Under the pieces are notes generated by a model. It ran no database searches and was not told where the DNA came from. It saw nothing but the letters and a program-made list of their open reading frames with translations. Below, in pieces: positions 46,078 through 56,262 of a stretch of DNA of 64,000 bases; positions within the stretch are counted from its first letter, which is position 1; every line of letters starts with the position of its first letter. Position numbers and translations under genes: made by a program. The DNA comes from a virus. The stretch spans positions 46,329 through 110,328 of the IMG/VR virus record IMGVR_UViG_3300025929_000012. One strand, 5' to 3'.

Positions 46078-46337
46078 GACGCCTCCTTCTCGCTGCCGGG
46101 CCGGGTGTTGACGGTCAGCACGGCGATCGCGAGGGTCACGTATGTGGCGGCGAGCGTCAGCCACAGCGCGTGGCGCCCGTGGCCCGCGAGGATGAGCGCG
46201 AGTTCCACGACGGCAGCCGGGATGCCCCACAGGGCGACCCGGAGGGCCTGCGCCGTGACACGGCGGGACCGCACTGGGCCACCGGAGACCGTGATCATGT
46301 ACACGGGCTCAGGGAACGGGATCACGGGGAGCCTCAT
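46074..46337 (-). CDS. Small membrane protein
   Basis: Two TMs; coupled. Confidence 0.55.
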   Translation of the reverse strand: MRLPVIPFPEPVYMITVSGGPVRSRRVTAQALRVALWGIPAAVVELALILAGHGRHALWLTLAATYVTLAIAVLTVNTRPGSEKEAS

Positions 46338-46633
46338 GATTCCGCCTCCGTCCGGTCGCTTGCGCACTCCGGGCACCGGCCGCGGCCAGTGGCATCCCAG
46401 GTGACCGGGTCATAGCAGCGGGTGCACCCGAGCCACCAGCCGCCATCGACAGCCGGGATTGCGAGGCCGAGCACCTGCCCGCAGGGATGAGGGCCTTCGC
46501 TGTCGATGACCAGGAGGCACCCGTCACTGGCGGGGGTCAGGTACAGGCTGGGCCTGCGGGGGATCCGCAGGGCGGACAGCACGCCGGCTTCCATCTCCGG
46601 GGAAACCCGCGCGGGGGACAGGACGGCGGTCAT
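46334..46633 (-). CDS. Cys-rich hypothetical protein
   Basis: CTRC...CPEC; coupled. Confidence 0.55.
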   Translation of the reverse strand: MTAVLSPARVSPEMEAGVLSALRIPRRPSLYLTPASDGCLLVIDSEGPHPCGQVLGLAIPAVDGGWWLGCTRCYDPVTWDATGRGRCPECASDRTEAES

Positions 46634-46944
46634 GACGACTCCTCCCCTGCCGGGATGACCCGCTCCAGGCACACGTAGGAGTCCCCGGCATGCCAGAAGA
46701 TCAGGTAGTCGCCGAACCGGTCCCAGTAGCCTTGCCCGGCCATCGGGGTGGCGGGCCTGTCCTCAACCGGGCCTGTCCCCCTGTCGCGCTCGCCGGCGAG
46801 GAACCTCGCCACCTCAGTGACGCCCAGCTGGCCGTACTCGCTGATGTGCCGCAGGTACCAGCGTGCGTAGTCGTGCTCCAGGTGCGCGACATGCTGGTAG
46901 CGGTCACCCGGCACCGGGGACCATCCGCTCTTGTGCCCGGTCAC
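46630..46944 (-). CDS. Hypothetical protein
   Basis: GTGA/ATGA coupling. Confidence 0.55.
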   Translation of the reverse strand: MTGHKSGWSPVPGDRYQHVAHLEHDYARWYLRHISEYGQLGVTEVARFLAGERDRGTGPVEDRPATPMAGQGYWDRFGDYLIFWHAGDSYVCLERVIPAGEESS

Positions 46945-47384
46945 GCGGTCACCTGCTCTCGTGCCTGGTCCCACGCAGCGGCCAGGACGACCCGGAGCGG
47001 CGGTGAGCAAGGCAGCCCGCCCGCGTGCCCGCAGGCGTCAAGGAGGAGGTCCCCGGCAGTGCCCGGGTCGCCGTCAGCGGCAGTGAGGAGGGCGAGCGAC
47101 GCCGCGTTCAGCGCATGCCACAGGCCCGCCCGCCACGGCGCATCGGCGTTCGACGGCCTGGAGGCGGCGAGGACCAGGCCGAGGGCGTGGACGACCTCAG
47201 GCGCGGCGGTGACCCCGGAGGCGGCGTCACGGGCTGCCCCCCATGCGGCCCGCGCCCGGTGAGGCCTGCCCGAGCCTGCCTCGTCGACCGCGACAGCGCA
47301 CAGGTCAAGGGCGTCGTACAAGGCGAACAGCGCCTCCGGCGGCGGGCCCTCATGGCCGCACCCCGGGGCGCAGGGCGCGGTCAT
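46941..47384 (-). CDS. Hypothetical protein
   Basis: ATGA overlap with 47381-47578. Confidence 0.5.
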   Translation of the reverse strand: MTAPCAPGCGHEGPPPEALFALYDALDLCAVAVDEAGSGRPHRARAAWGAARDAASGVTAAPEVVHALGLVLAASRPSNADAPWRAGLWHALNAASLALLTAADGDPGTAGDLLLDACGHAGGLPCSPPLRVVLAAAWDQAREQVTA

Positions 47385-47578
47385 GACACGGCCTGCAGGT
47401 GCCGCCGCTTCCCCGCAGGGCGCGGGAAAATGCGGGCCTCGGTGTCGGCGCACCCCTGCTCGTAGGCGGCTGCGGCGATCTGCCCGTGCAGTTCCCCGGC
47501 GCGCAAGGCCCGCAGGAACTCCCGCTGCTGCTCGGTCAGTTCCGGGGCCGGGGCGTCGCCGGGTGATAGTGTGTCCAT
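47381..47578 (-). CDS. Hypothetical protein
   Basis: GAAAGG SD; ends RHLQAVS. Confidence 0.55.
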   Translation of the reverse strand: MDTLSPGDAPAPELTEQQREFLRALRAGELHGQIAAAAYEQGCADTEARIFPRPAGKRRHLQAVS

Positions 47579-48546
47579 CAGTCGTGAACCTTTCAGTGGG
47601 GGAATGACTTACGGCGGGTCCCGGCGTGGCAGCGTCACGGGGCCCGCTTTCATTGGCGGGGCTGTTACCGGTGGTACGGGCACCCCGCGCCGACGTTGGC
47701 GCACAGGATGCAGTGGTCGCGGTCGGGTCCGTCTTCGCGCATGACAGCGCTCCTTCACTCGCCCGGGGCGAGCAGCCAGGGCACGGCAGGCCAGCCCACT
47801 TCGGGGACCCGCAGTTCAGGCAGACCCCGGTCTGGTCAAGGGCGTCCGGGACGGCTGCGGTCACGCGGGTGACAGGCTGCATCGGATGCCCGCACGTCGG
47901 GCACGCGCCCGGCGCCGAGGACATGTTCCCGTGGCAGGCGTAAGCGGGGGCGGCGGCCGGAGGGTAAGGGATGAAGGGGGTGCCGTCGGGGAGCGCCCCC
48001 GGCAGCGGCGGCAGTGCCGGGAGCCGCACCGCGCCCCGCTTGTCCGGCGGCTGGCTGGCCATCTTGGCGTACTGGCGCAGGACGATCTCAGCGACCCTGC
48101 ACGACGGGCACGGGTACCCGGCCTCGATGACGTGCCGCCAAGCCAGGCAGCACTCGTGAACCGGGCCGTCGCCGTCAGCGCGCCACGACGGGCGGGCGCA
48201 GATGCGGCACGGGGCCGCTTCCAGTACAGCGCTGGTCCGGTTCAGGTTCTGCGGCGGCACCGGGGTGTACGCCATGCCGGCCGGCCGTGGCGGCGCGCAG
48301 GCGGCGCACAGCCGGCCACCGGGGTACAGGCCCGCCGGGGACCCGCCGCACGTGCTGCACGGCGCGGTCATCACGCAGCCGCCTTCACAGCCGGGGCGGT
48401 CATCGTGACCTCCGGGGCGTCCATCTGATGGGTCGCGCCGTCTGCCGGGCAGATCCCCCGGGCACCGCCACCTACCGGGGCCAGCTCACGATCCGGGTGG
48501 ACCGGGCAGGCGACGGCGGCGCGGATGCGGAGAGCGGAGGTGGTCA

Positions 48547-48819
48547 TCAGGCCACCGCCTCGGGGGCTGCGTTACGGGTCGCCCACTCGGCTGCGAACGC
48601 TTCAACATCCACGTTGCGGCCAGAGCAGATCTCGCCGATCAGGGCAAGCACGAACGGCCGGTAGAGGTCGATCTTGCGGCCGAACCTGCGACCGGGGAAC
48701 TGGCCGGCGTTGAAGCGCCGGTAGACCGTGAGCGGGCTGACCTTCAGGAGTCCCGCCGTCTCCCTGACGGAGATGTACGTGGACTCCTGTTCGCCCGCTT
48801 GTTTCCCGAAGCTCTGCAC
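48547..48819 (-). CDS. Excisionase-like HTH protein
   Basis: YISVRETAGLLKVSPLTVYRRFNAGQFPGRRFG. Confidence 0.8.
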   Translation of the reverse strand: MQSFGKQAGEQESTYISVRETAGLLKVSPLTVYRRFNAGQFPGRRFGRKIDLYRPFVLALIGEICSGRNVDVEAFAAEWATRNAAPEAVA

Positions 48820-48838
48820 ACTCCGAAGTTAACTCATC

Positions 48839-48877
48839 GTATCGCATAATGCAAGCATTGCCAGAGATATGCGATAC
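48839..48877. promoter_or_regulatory. Inverted-repeat operator between divergent operons
   Basis: GTATCGCATA...TATGCGATAC with inner AATGC-AA-GCATT; AT-rich. Confidence 0.65.
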
Positions 48878-49009
48878 TGACGGTGCCAGGTTCCGCACCC
48901 CGGGTGGGCGCGTACCCCGGCTGACCGCACGTCAGCCGGGGTACGTTGCTCGCAGCCTCGCAATTTGGGAGCATGGAAGCGGCAATGCGGAACCAAGGAG
49001 GTACCAGCC

Positions 49010-49222
49010 ATGAAGTTCGACCAGATCGAGTTCCTGTGGAAGACCGCCGACTCAGGCGGCGGCAACTGCCCGTCGCTCAGCCGGGTCGCGGGCGGTTACA
49101 TCGTCAACGGCGTCCCCGTGGACGAGGAGACGCGCGCCACGATCCCGCACGCCGCAGCAGGCGGCGAGGCTGCCGTGTTCGTCCCCGCCGACGTCCTGGA
49201 CCGCCTGAAGGGACTTATGTGA
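49010..49222 (+). CDS. Small protein of the DUF6879/XRE module
   Basis: AAGGAGG SD; SGGGNCPSL...YIVNG...GEAAVFVP. Confidence 0.7.
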   Translation: MKFDQIEFLWKTADSGGGNCPSLSRVAGGYIVNGVPVDEETRATIPHAAAGGEAAVFVPADVLDRLKGLM

Positions 49223-49761
49223 CCCTGCTCGACGACGCCAAGTTCTCCGAGGTGCTGCTCAGCTTCGAGCACACCGCCTTCAGGCTTGAGCTTCAGCGCT
49301 CCTACGCCGTCGCCCACGAGGCACCGCAGTTCGCGGCCTTCCTCCGGGGCGACCCTCAGCCGGGGCCGGACGACCCTGAGCTGCGGGACTGGTACAAGGG
49401 CGTCGCCGGGCATGTCGCGCAGGGCGGCAAGGTGGAGCGAGTGCGCGTCCAGGAGGACCCGCCGACCGACTACCAGCGGTTCGAGCGGTGGCTTGACCAG
49501 TGGAACATCGAGGCCGGCGAGGTCATGCGGTACATGACCCGGCAGCGTGCGCACGAGGTCGGGCTGCTGCCGGCGGCGGGAGACGCTGACTGGTGGCTGC
49601 TCGACTCAGCGCGGCTGATCGTGATGCGGTTCGATGACGCAGGGCACCGGATCGCAAGCGAGCTCGTCACCGACCCCGAGGCCGTACTCCAGGCGTGCAA
49701 GTGGCGGGACCTGGCAGTCCACCACAGCGTCCGGCATCACTTGCCGGGCGCTGCCGCCTGA
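49219..49761 (+). CDS. DUF6879-like protein
   Basis: FEHTAFRLE...ERVRV...PPTDYQRFE...NIEAGE...DWWLLDS. Confidence 0.75.
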   Translation: MTLLDDAKFSEVLLSFEHTAFRLELQRSYAVAHEAPQFAAFLRGDPQPGPDDPELRDWYKGVAGHVAQGGKVERVRVQEDPPTDYQRFERWLDQWNIEAGEVMRYMTRQRAHEVGLLPAAGDADWWLLDSARLIVMRFDDAGHRIASELVTDPEAVLQACKWRDLAVHHSVRHHLPGAAA

Positions 49762-49775
49762 TCAAAGGGAATCCC

Positions 49776-50636
49776 GTGGAATCGCTTGAGGAATGGCTCA
49801 CCGAGCCGGAAGGACTGGCGACCCGCCTGCGCGCCCTGCGCGCGCAGGCGGGCCTGTCCGGTAAGCAGCTAGCCGACGCCAACGGCTGGGCGCAATCGAA
49901 GGTCTCCCGCATCGAGAACGGCCAGCAGATGGCGTCACCGGACGACATCCGGGCATGGGCCGGAGTCACCGGCTCCGGCGAGGAGACCGTGCGGGAACTA
50001 CTCGCCAAGCGCGAGGAAGCGCGGATCATGCACGCAACCTTCCCGCAGCGGATGCGCCGCGGGCAGGCCGCCACGCAGAAGACCTACAGTGACCTCGCCG
50101 CCGGCGCCACCCTCATTCGCGACTTCGAGACCGTGTACGTACCGGGGCCGCTCCAGATCCCCGACTACGCCCGCAGGGTGCTGACGGAGATGATCTCCCT
50201 GCACAGCCTGGAAATTGACGACGTGGACGCCGCCGTCCAGGAGCGCATGGCACGGGCGCAGATGCTCTACGACCCGGCTAAACGGTGGGAGTTCCTGATC
50301 GCCGAGCCGGTCCTGCGCTGGCTGCTGCCCGCGCCCGCAGTGATGCGCGCCCAGCTTGACCGCCTCCAGGGCGTCATCGGCCTCGAGCGGATCCGCCTCG
50401 GCATCGTCCCCATGGGGGTTGAGCTGAAGACCACGCCGCAGAACACGGTCGCGATTTATGTGGGTGCCGAGACGGTCACGGTCTCGGAGACCTTCATCGG
50501 AGAGACGTGGCATCGCGGCGATGAGGCCGCAGCCTACGCGAGGGCGATCGACCGGCTGTGGGAAGACGCCTTGGAAGGCGACGCGGCTCGGGAACTGATC
50601 GTCCGCGCCAGGAACAGCCTGCGAGAAGGGCCGTGA
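49776..50636 (+). CDS. XRE HTH plus DUF5753-like regulator
   Basis: RLRALRAQAGLSGKQLA..GWAQSKVSRIENG; VPGPLQIPDYAR; M..QLDRL. Confidence 0.85.
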   Translation: MESLEEWLTEPEGLATRLRALRAQAGLSGKQLADANGWAQSKVSRIENGQQMASPDDIRAWAGVTGSGEETVRELLAKREEARIMHATFPQRMRRGQAATQKTYSDLAAGATLIRDFETVYVPGPLQIPDYARRVLTEMISLHSLEIDDVDAAVQERMARAQMLYDPAKRWEFLIAEPVLRWLLPAPAVMRAQLDRLQGVIGLERIRLGIVPMGVELKTTPQNTVAIYVGAETVTVSETFIGETWHRGDEAAAYARAIDRLWEDALEGDAARELIVRARNSLREGP

Positions 50637-51217
50637 CGAATGCGTTACAAGCGGTGGAACAGGAACCCGGAATGAAGACGGCCCTCTACCGCATCTTCGG
50701 CGACGAAGACGACTCGCTGCTGTACATCGGCATCAGCAAGCACTTTGGGATTCGGTGGACGGAACACGCCGCGGAACAGCCGTGGTGGCCGCTAACGGAA
50801 CGCATGACCGTGTACTGGCACGGGACGCGGGAACGTGCCCGCGCGGCAGAGCGCACGGCCATCGCCGCCGAGCATCCCCGGTTCAACGTAAGAGACACGA
50901 ACCCTCGGCAGCGACGGCGGTCGGTCTCACCACCGCCGGGCGGGCGGGCCGGCCCTGTTCCCACGCGCCTGACGATCGCATTCGCCGGGGCGCCCCTCAC
51001 GATTCACGCTGGCGACATCGAAGGCTACGCATCGCCTTTCCAGGAAAGATCCGGTGCCGTCATCTTCGAGGGGTTCATCACCGGGCCTGGAGCACGAGGA
51101 ATTCTCTATCCCGGGTGGACCCCCGGATGGCAGGACTGGGCGAGAGAAATTCAGGAGCGGGGCGGTGTCATGACTCCGGAGGAAGTGGAACTGTGGACGC
51201 ATCCAAGGGTTTCGTGA
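50633..51217 (+). CDS. GIY-YIG nuclease-like protein
   Basis: TALYRIF.....LLYIGIS.....RW.EH...WW...ERTAIAAEHPRFN. Confidence 0.75.
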   Translation: MTNALQAVEQEPGMKTALYRIFGDEDDSLLYIGISKHFGIRWTEHAAEQPWWPLTERMTVYWHGTRERARAAERTAIAAEHPRFNVRDTNPRQRRRSVSPPPGGRAGPVPTRLTIAFAGAPLTIHAGDIEGYASPFQERSGAVIFEGFITGPGARGILYPGWTPGWQDWAREIQERGGVMTPEEVELWTHPRVS

Positions 51218-52125
51218 ACATGATGATCCAGGTAGCCGTGCTGCCCGGGAGCGACCAGCGGCCGAACGAGGACTTCGCGGGGGCGCTCCCGTCGTGCGCG
51301 GTGCTCCTCGACGGGTCCGGCGGGCCGGCTGAGCTTCCCTCCGGGTGCATCCACGGCACGCCGTGGTACGTCCGGCAGCTCGGCGCACGCTGCCTCGCGG
51401 GCATGGAAACGGCCCCGGATGAGCCGCTCCCTGACATCCTCGCCGGGTGCATCACTGAAGTCTCTGACTTGCACCGCGGCACCTGCGACCTGTCCGCTCC
51501 CGGCACCCCGGCGACGATCGTCGTCATGGCGCGGGCGCGCGGGGACGCGTTCGAGTACCTCGTCCTCGGCGATTCCACGATCGTGATCGACGCCGGCGGG
51601 AAGCTGACCGTGGTCTCTGACCGGCGCATCGACGGCGTGGCCGTCGGCGAGAAGCGGGCCATGGAGGCGCTGCCGACCGGCACCCCCGGGCACCAGGCGG
51701 CGCGGATCCGGTTCGTCACCCGGCAGCGGGAACTGCGGAACTCACCCGGCGGGTACTGGATCGCAAGCACGGACCCGCAGGCAGCACACGAGGCGTACAC
51801 CGGGAGCGTGCCGCTCGCCGGGATGCGGCGCGCGTCCCTGATGAGCGACGGAACCACCCGGTTCACGGAGTTCGGCCTCGGCACCTGGGGAGAGCTGCTG
51901 TCCATCCTTGACCTGTGGGGGCCTGCCGCAGTGTTCTCCCGGATCCGCGCGGCGGAAGACGGTGACCCGGACGGCATCCGCTGGCCACGGGCCAAGCAAC
52001 GCGATGACGTTGCGGTCGTCCATTTCACCACGTTCAGGCGGGATGGGTGGGGCCACATCGACCTGCAGACCGTGCCTACCGGAGAGGCTGCCTTAACGAT
52101 GGAACCCGAGGTGAGCAGCCCGTGA
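51214..52125 (+). CDS. PP2C-like phosphatase-domain protein
   Basis: PNED, VLLDG, LVLGDS, LMSDG, K.RDD metal-binding motifs. Confidence 0.8.
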   Translation: MNMMIQVAVLPGSDQRPNEDFAGALPSCAVLLDGSGGPAELPSGCIHGTPWYVRQLGARCLAGMETAPDEPLPDILAGCITEVSDLHRGTCDLSAPGTPATIVVMARARGDAFEYLVLGDSTIVIDAGGKLTVVSDRRIDGVAVGEKRAMEALPTGTPGHQAARIRFVTRQRELRNSPGGYWIASTDPQAAHEAYTGSVPLAGMRRASLMSDGTTRFTEFGLGTWGELLSILDLWGPAAVFSRIRAAEDGDPDGIRWPRAKQRDDVAVVHFTTFRRDGWGHIDLQTVPTGEAALTMEPEVSSP

Positions 52126-52250
52126 AAAAGAGATCGGGCCGCCGCAGGTATCTCACACCCGCGACGGCCCCAAGCACCGGAACCCTCTGAAGAAGGCCAG
52201 GACTTAACTATGAGTAAGACTACCGCACGTTCCCCCTCGGCGGTCAACTC

Positions 52251-53003
52251 GTGACCGCCGAGGGCATCGTCATCGAGCGCAGCGTGCACGCGCAGGGATT
52301 CGTGGTCGTCGGCAACGACGCAGCGCGCGACAGCCGGCTTAGCTTCCGGGCACGCGGCCTGCATCATTACCTCCTCAGCCTCCCGCCCGGCTGGCGGGTG
52401 ACCACGGCCCAGATCGGCAAGGACAACCCCGAAGGGCGCGAGGCGATCCGCACCGCCCTGAACGAGCTGGTCAAGCTCGGCTACGTGACCAGGGCAAAGC
52501 GCCAGGATGAGCGGGGCCGGTGGTTCACCACCATGACGGTTCACGACAAGCCGCAGGGCGTAACTCCCAGTGACGACCCGGCTACGGCAACCGAAGACGG
52601 GTTTCCGGGCACCGGAAACCCGGACTCCGGTGAACTGGGCGCTAAACAGAAGACGGTTACCGAAAACGGTAAAGATCAAGAGATGGCCCAGGGGCGGGCC
52701 TCCCGGCGGGCGCAAACCTTCGGTTCGCGCGAGCCGCGGACAGTCGGTCAAGTCGTCGCGGACATCCGCCAAGCCGTTGCCGGGGTGCACAGCGAGGCCG
52801 AGGCTGATGAGCTGACCGACGGCCAGGTGCTCGGCCTGTACTTCACGTACGCGAACCCGAAGAAGCCAGCCCGGGACCTCGTCGCCTACATGTCCAAGAT
52901 CCTCGGCGACGCCCCTTACCTGGACACGCTCATGGCCAGCGTCGAACCGGTCTGCGTGCCGTGCTGGCAGTTCGAGAGCAACTGCCGCTGTGAGGCGGCG
53001 TGA
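52251..53003 (+). CDS. Phage replication initiator-like HTH protein
   Basis: GFVVVGN..ARDSRLSFRARGL..YLLSLP.GW...EGREAIRTALNELVKLGY. Confidence 0.75.
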   Translation: MTAEGIVIERSVHAQGFVVVGNDAARDSRLSFRARGLHHYLLSLPPGWRVTTAQIGKDNPEGREAIRTALNELVKLGYVTRAKRQDERGRWFTTMTVHDKPQGVTPSDDPATATEDGFPGTGNPDSGELGAKQKTVTENGKDQEMAQGRASRRAQTFGSREPRTVGQVVADIRQAVAGVHSEAEADELTDGQVLGLYFTYANPKKPARDLVAYMSKILGDAPYLDTLMASVEPVCVPCWQFESNCRCEAA

Positions 53004-53084
53004 CACCGGGTGCTCGTACCACTCGACCTGCGGACGCGGCCTACTGCAGAGCGGCCCGTGCCGCATGACCCGAAAGGACACCCG

Positions 53085-53507
53085 ATGGACCCGACCACGC
53101 CAGGCCCAGCCGCATCCGAAGGCCCGCCACGGGGAGACGGAGACGGCCAGCCGCGCGGTCCGCAAGGCAGTAGCGAGGCGGCCCGCCGTGCGTCGATGAT
53201 CGTCCGGGCCGCGCGGGAGTGCGTTGTGCACGCGCGGATGGACCGTGACGCCTTCGCCGCCTACCTCGGCATGACGCTGGGCGCGGACATCCCGCCTGAG
53301 GAACTTGAATTCTGGGAGCTAGGCGGCTCCATGCCCGGGGATGTCCTGCTGCTGTGCGCCGCGGTGATCCGGGAAGTCGCCGACGCGGTGCCCGGCCTCG
53401 CGCTTCCGCCCGGCGTTCGCCGGGATGTCGAGAGGTTCTCACGCGGCCTGCCCCGCTTGGCTCCTGACGACCCGATCCGCGAGGCACTCGGCGGTGAGGC
53501 GGCATGA
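53085..53507 (+). CDS. HTH-like hypothetical protein
   Basis: ARMDRDAFAAYL...LEFWELG..MPGDVLL. Confidence 0.55.
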   Translation: MDPTTPGPAASEGPPRGDGDGQPRGPQGSSEAARRASMIVRAARECVVHARMDRDAFAAYLGMTLGADIPPEELEFWELGGSMPGDVLLLCAAVIREVADAVPGLALPPGVRRDVERFSRGLPRLAPDDPIREALGGEAA

Positions 53508-53635
53508 CGCTCGGGCCAGTCGGTGAAATCAGCGACTTACATTCACGCAATTCCGCCAGTGTTAGGGGTCATGGTTGACCCCGAAAGCTTCCCGAACATA
53601 GGTTCGGGCAAGGAAACAAACGGAAGGATCATCCG

Positions 53636-53965
53636 ATGGAATCAACGATCAAGCAGGCATTCAACCTGCTGCCGGGCCTGCCCGCACGGGACGACGCCGA
53701 GGTAGCGGAGCTGATGGAGGTCATCGCAAAGCTCCCCCGCGAGAACGTGGAGGAGGTCGTCAGGGACCTGCTGCGGGCGGCGGCCGGGTACCGGCGGTCG
53801 GGGGATTCGTCCTACCTGACCGGTTTGGCCGAAGATGCCCTTGTCACGATCCGGCTACGCAGCGATCCTGAGGTGGACCGGGCGCTGAGAGATGCGCCGA
53901 GGAAGCCGGCCGGCCCTGGCGAGTCCCTGGACGTGGAGGAGATGCTGCGGGAGCGCGGCCTGTAG
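53636..53965 (+). CDS. Hypothetical protein (possible antitoxin)
   Basis: GGAAGG SD; acidic, helical. Confidence 0.6.
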   Translation: MESTIKQAFNLLPGLPARDDAEVAELMEVIAKLPRENVEEVVRDLLRAAAGYRRSGDSSYLTGLAEDALVTIRLRSDPEVDRALRDAPRKPAGPGESLDVEEMLRERGL

Positions 53966-53978
53966 GGGATGGTGCGTG

Positions 53979-54260
53979 ATGGCGCTGCGTCTCGCCGCTG
54001 ACGGCGTGCAAGTGGTCGATGAGTGGCGGGTGCAGCGTCAGTCGCCGGAGGATGAGCGGCTAGTGGCCGAGATGCTCAGGTCGGTCGCCGACGGCCGCTG
54101 GCAGCAGTGCTGGCGGTCGTATAAGGACCAGTCAGAGCCGGACGTCACCGTGATCGAGCTCCGGGACGGGCTGGTCGCCCACGTGCGCCTGTGGGACGGT
54201 GACGCTGAGGATGAGTTCACTGTCGTCGCCATCAGCGACGTGCCCGCGGGCGGCGAGTGA
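53979..54260 (+). CDS. Hypothetical protein (possible RelE-like fold)
   Basis: 93-aa alpha+beta pattern following a helical partner. Confidence 0.5.
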   Translation: MALRLAADGVQVVDEWRVQRQSPEDERLVAEMLRSVADGRWQQCWRSYKDQSEPDVTVIELRDGLVAHVRLWDGDAEDEFTVVAISDVPAGGE

Positions 54261-54473
54261 GCGCGGTGGACCCGCACGGCCCTAGAGCGCGACCGTCCTG
54301 CTGCCGTACGGTGGACGGCGTGGCCCCCTGCATTCATGCTTACTTGATCGCTGAGCTCTCCGTCCTCGGCGTCGCGCTCATCGTAGCGGCCGTGATATCG
54401 ATCCGGATCGGCGCGTGGCACTGGGGCTGGCGGTAGCCCCTCGAATGTCGGTGCCTGTCGTTACCCTGCGGGC

Positions 54474-54764
54474 ATGGACGGGATGACCCCGATTGACTTC
54501 CCTGAGCTTCCCCCGCCGGGGCCTGAGCGCTCATGGTGGGAGGTGTCGGCGTCGTTCCCTGACGGGGAGGCGCCATGGCCTCCCGTGTCATACCCGGCTG
54601 AGGCGGGGGTGCTGGCGGTTCACACGGCGAGGATGAGCGTGATCATGGTCCGGGCCGGGTCCGGGTCGGAGGCGCTGGCGGCTGCTGAGGGGCTTCTCGG
54701 GCTGGGGCCGGCGGAGTGGCGGGTGCGCTTGGCGCCAGTGACGGCCATCTCCGTTCAAGCTTGA
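54474..54764 (+). CDS. Hypothetical protein
   Basis: -10 TACCCT 6 nt before ATG. Confidence 0.55.
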   Translation: MDGMTPIDFPELPPPGPERSWWEVSASFPDGEAPWPPVSYPAEAGVLAVHTARMSVIMVRAGSGSEALAAAEGLLGLGPAEWRVRLAPVTAISVQA

Positions 54765-54903
54765 CTGCCTGCCGGCGGCGTGAGCGGATTTGCAATTGCA
54801 CGTGCTATTGCACATGCGACCTGACCTGCGCTGAGACACGAGGAGGCCCTGCGTGTAGCGTGGAAGTTGCTGAAGCTACCACGACTACAGGCAGGGCAAT
54901 CTC

Positions 54904-56070
54904 ATGCACGACGATAGCACGACAGGCGACCGCGTCCGCAGGCTCCGCGTCCTCGCGGGCATGAGCCAGGGTGACCTCGCGAAGGCGGCGCGGGTGTCGC
55001 TGCGGACCGTCAAGGACATCGAGGCCGGCAACGGCCACCAGCGGGGCGAGACCCTCCACAAGGTCGCGCGGGCGCTGCGGGCCCGGACCAGTGACCTCAC
55101 CGCGCCGGGGCGCCCGGAGCGGGTGCCCGCCGAGCCGTGGGGCGACGTCCGCGCCGCCCTCTACCACCCGGCCGCGGGGGACGCTGAGCCTGCGACCCCG
55201 GCGGGGGTCCTCGCGGCACTGGACGGTATCCGCCCCGACTGGGAGGCCGCCCGCTACTCCGCCGCCCGCCCCGCGCTCCCGGCCCTGATCGCCGACGCCC
55301 TGTCGCTGCCCGGTGACACGGCCGGGCGGTCCGCGCGGTCAACGGCCCTGTCCGCGGTCGCGTGGCTGCTGACGATGACCCGCCAGTTCGATGACGCCGC
55401 CGTCGCGGCGAGGCTCGCGCAGGACGCCGCCCCGGAGATGCCCGACTACCTCGCCGCCGTGTCGATGAGGATCTGGGGGCTGCTGCGGCAGGGCCGCACC
55501 GAGGAGGCCGCCGCGATCGCCGTCCGCCACGCGGATGAGGCGGAGCCGAAGTTCAGCAGGGCGACGACCGGGGAGATGGCCGGCTACGGGCGGATGCTGC
55601 TGTACGTCGCGCACGCGATGGCGACCGACAACCGGCCCGGGGAAGCGCAGGACGCGCTGCTGCTGGCGCGGGCGGCGGCGGCAAGGCTCGGGCGGGAGGT
55701 GCCGTTCCACCCGGCTACCACGGCCCGGTTCGGGCCGGCGACGGTGATGGTCATCACGGCGGAGAACGCGGCGCTGACGTGGCAGCCCCGCCGGGTGCTG
55801 GCCATCGCGGACCGGGTCAGGGGGTCACTCCAGCTGATCGAGCCGGCGCAGCGGCTCCGGCACCGCCTCGACGTCGCCTCCGCGCACGCGATGCGCCGCG
55901 AGTACCCGGAGATGGTCGGGGTCATGGCGGGGCTGCGGGCGCAGGCACCGGAATGGCTCGCCTCACAGCAGTACGCGCGGGACATTCTCGAGCGCGTCAT
56001 CGACAGGCGGCGGGGGCCGTGGCCGGAGGGGCTGCGGGAGCTCGCCGTGGCGACCAGGCTGCCTGTCTGA
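54904..56070 (+). CDS. XRE HTH plus TPR-like regulator
   Basis: GDRVRRLR..AGMSQGDLA..ARVS...K.IE.G; FGPATV; RHRLDVA. Confidence 0.85.
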   Translation: MHDDSTTGDRVRRLRVLAGMSQGDLAKAARVSLRTVKDIEAGNGHQRGETLHKVARALRARTSDLTAPGRPERVPAEPWGDVRAALYHPAAGDAEPATPAGVLAALDGIRPDWEAARYSAARPALPALIADALSLPGDTAGRSARSTALSAVAWLLTMTRQFDDAAVAARLAQDAAPEMPDYLAAVSMRIWGLLRQGRTEEAAAIAVRHADEAEPKFSRATTGEMAGYGRMLLYVAHAMATDNRPGEAQDALLLARAAAARLGREVPFHPATTARFGPATVMVITAENAALTWQPRRVLAIADRVRGSLQLIEPAQRLRHRLDVASAHAMRREYPEMVGVMAGLRAQAPEWLASQQYARDILERVIDRRRGPWPEGLRELAVATRLPV

Positions 56071-56262
56071 CCCGATGACCTGCGCTTTTGCACTTTCGCC
56101 GTCGGCGGGGCGCGAATGGCCGTTGCGCCCTCCTTGCTGCCGCGCGTAGCGTCCCCTTCCATCGAACGGAGGCGGGCAGCCTCCGGGCCGCTACGCCGGC
56201 AAGGGGGAAGGGATCCCGGGGAACCGCGCCCCATGGGGTCTCGCCCGGCCGCAGGGAGGGTG

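Noticed and set aside
46941-48374. Single 477-aa ORF
   Set aside because: Runs through an intergenic-type hairpin and two SD-led small ORFs in other frames; more likely several genes, and the end of the upstream Cys-rich one is unresolved
51168-53231. 687-aa - strand ORF
   Set aside because: Shadow of the PP2C-like and rep genes; no motifs
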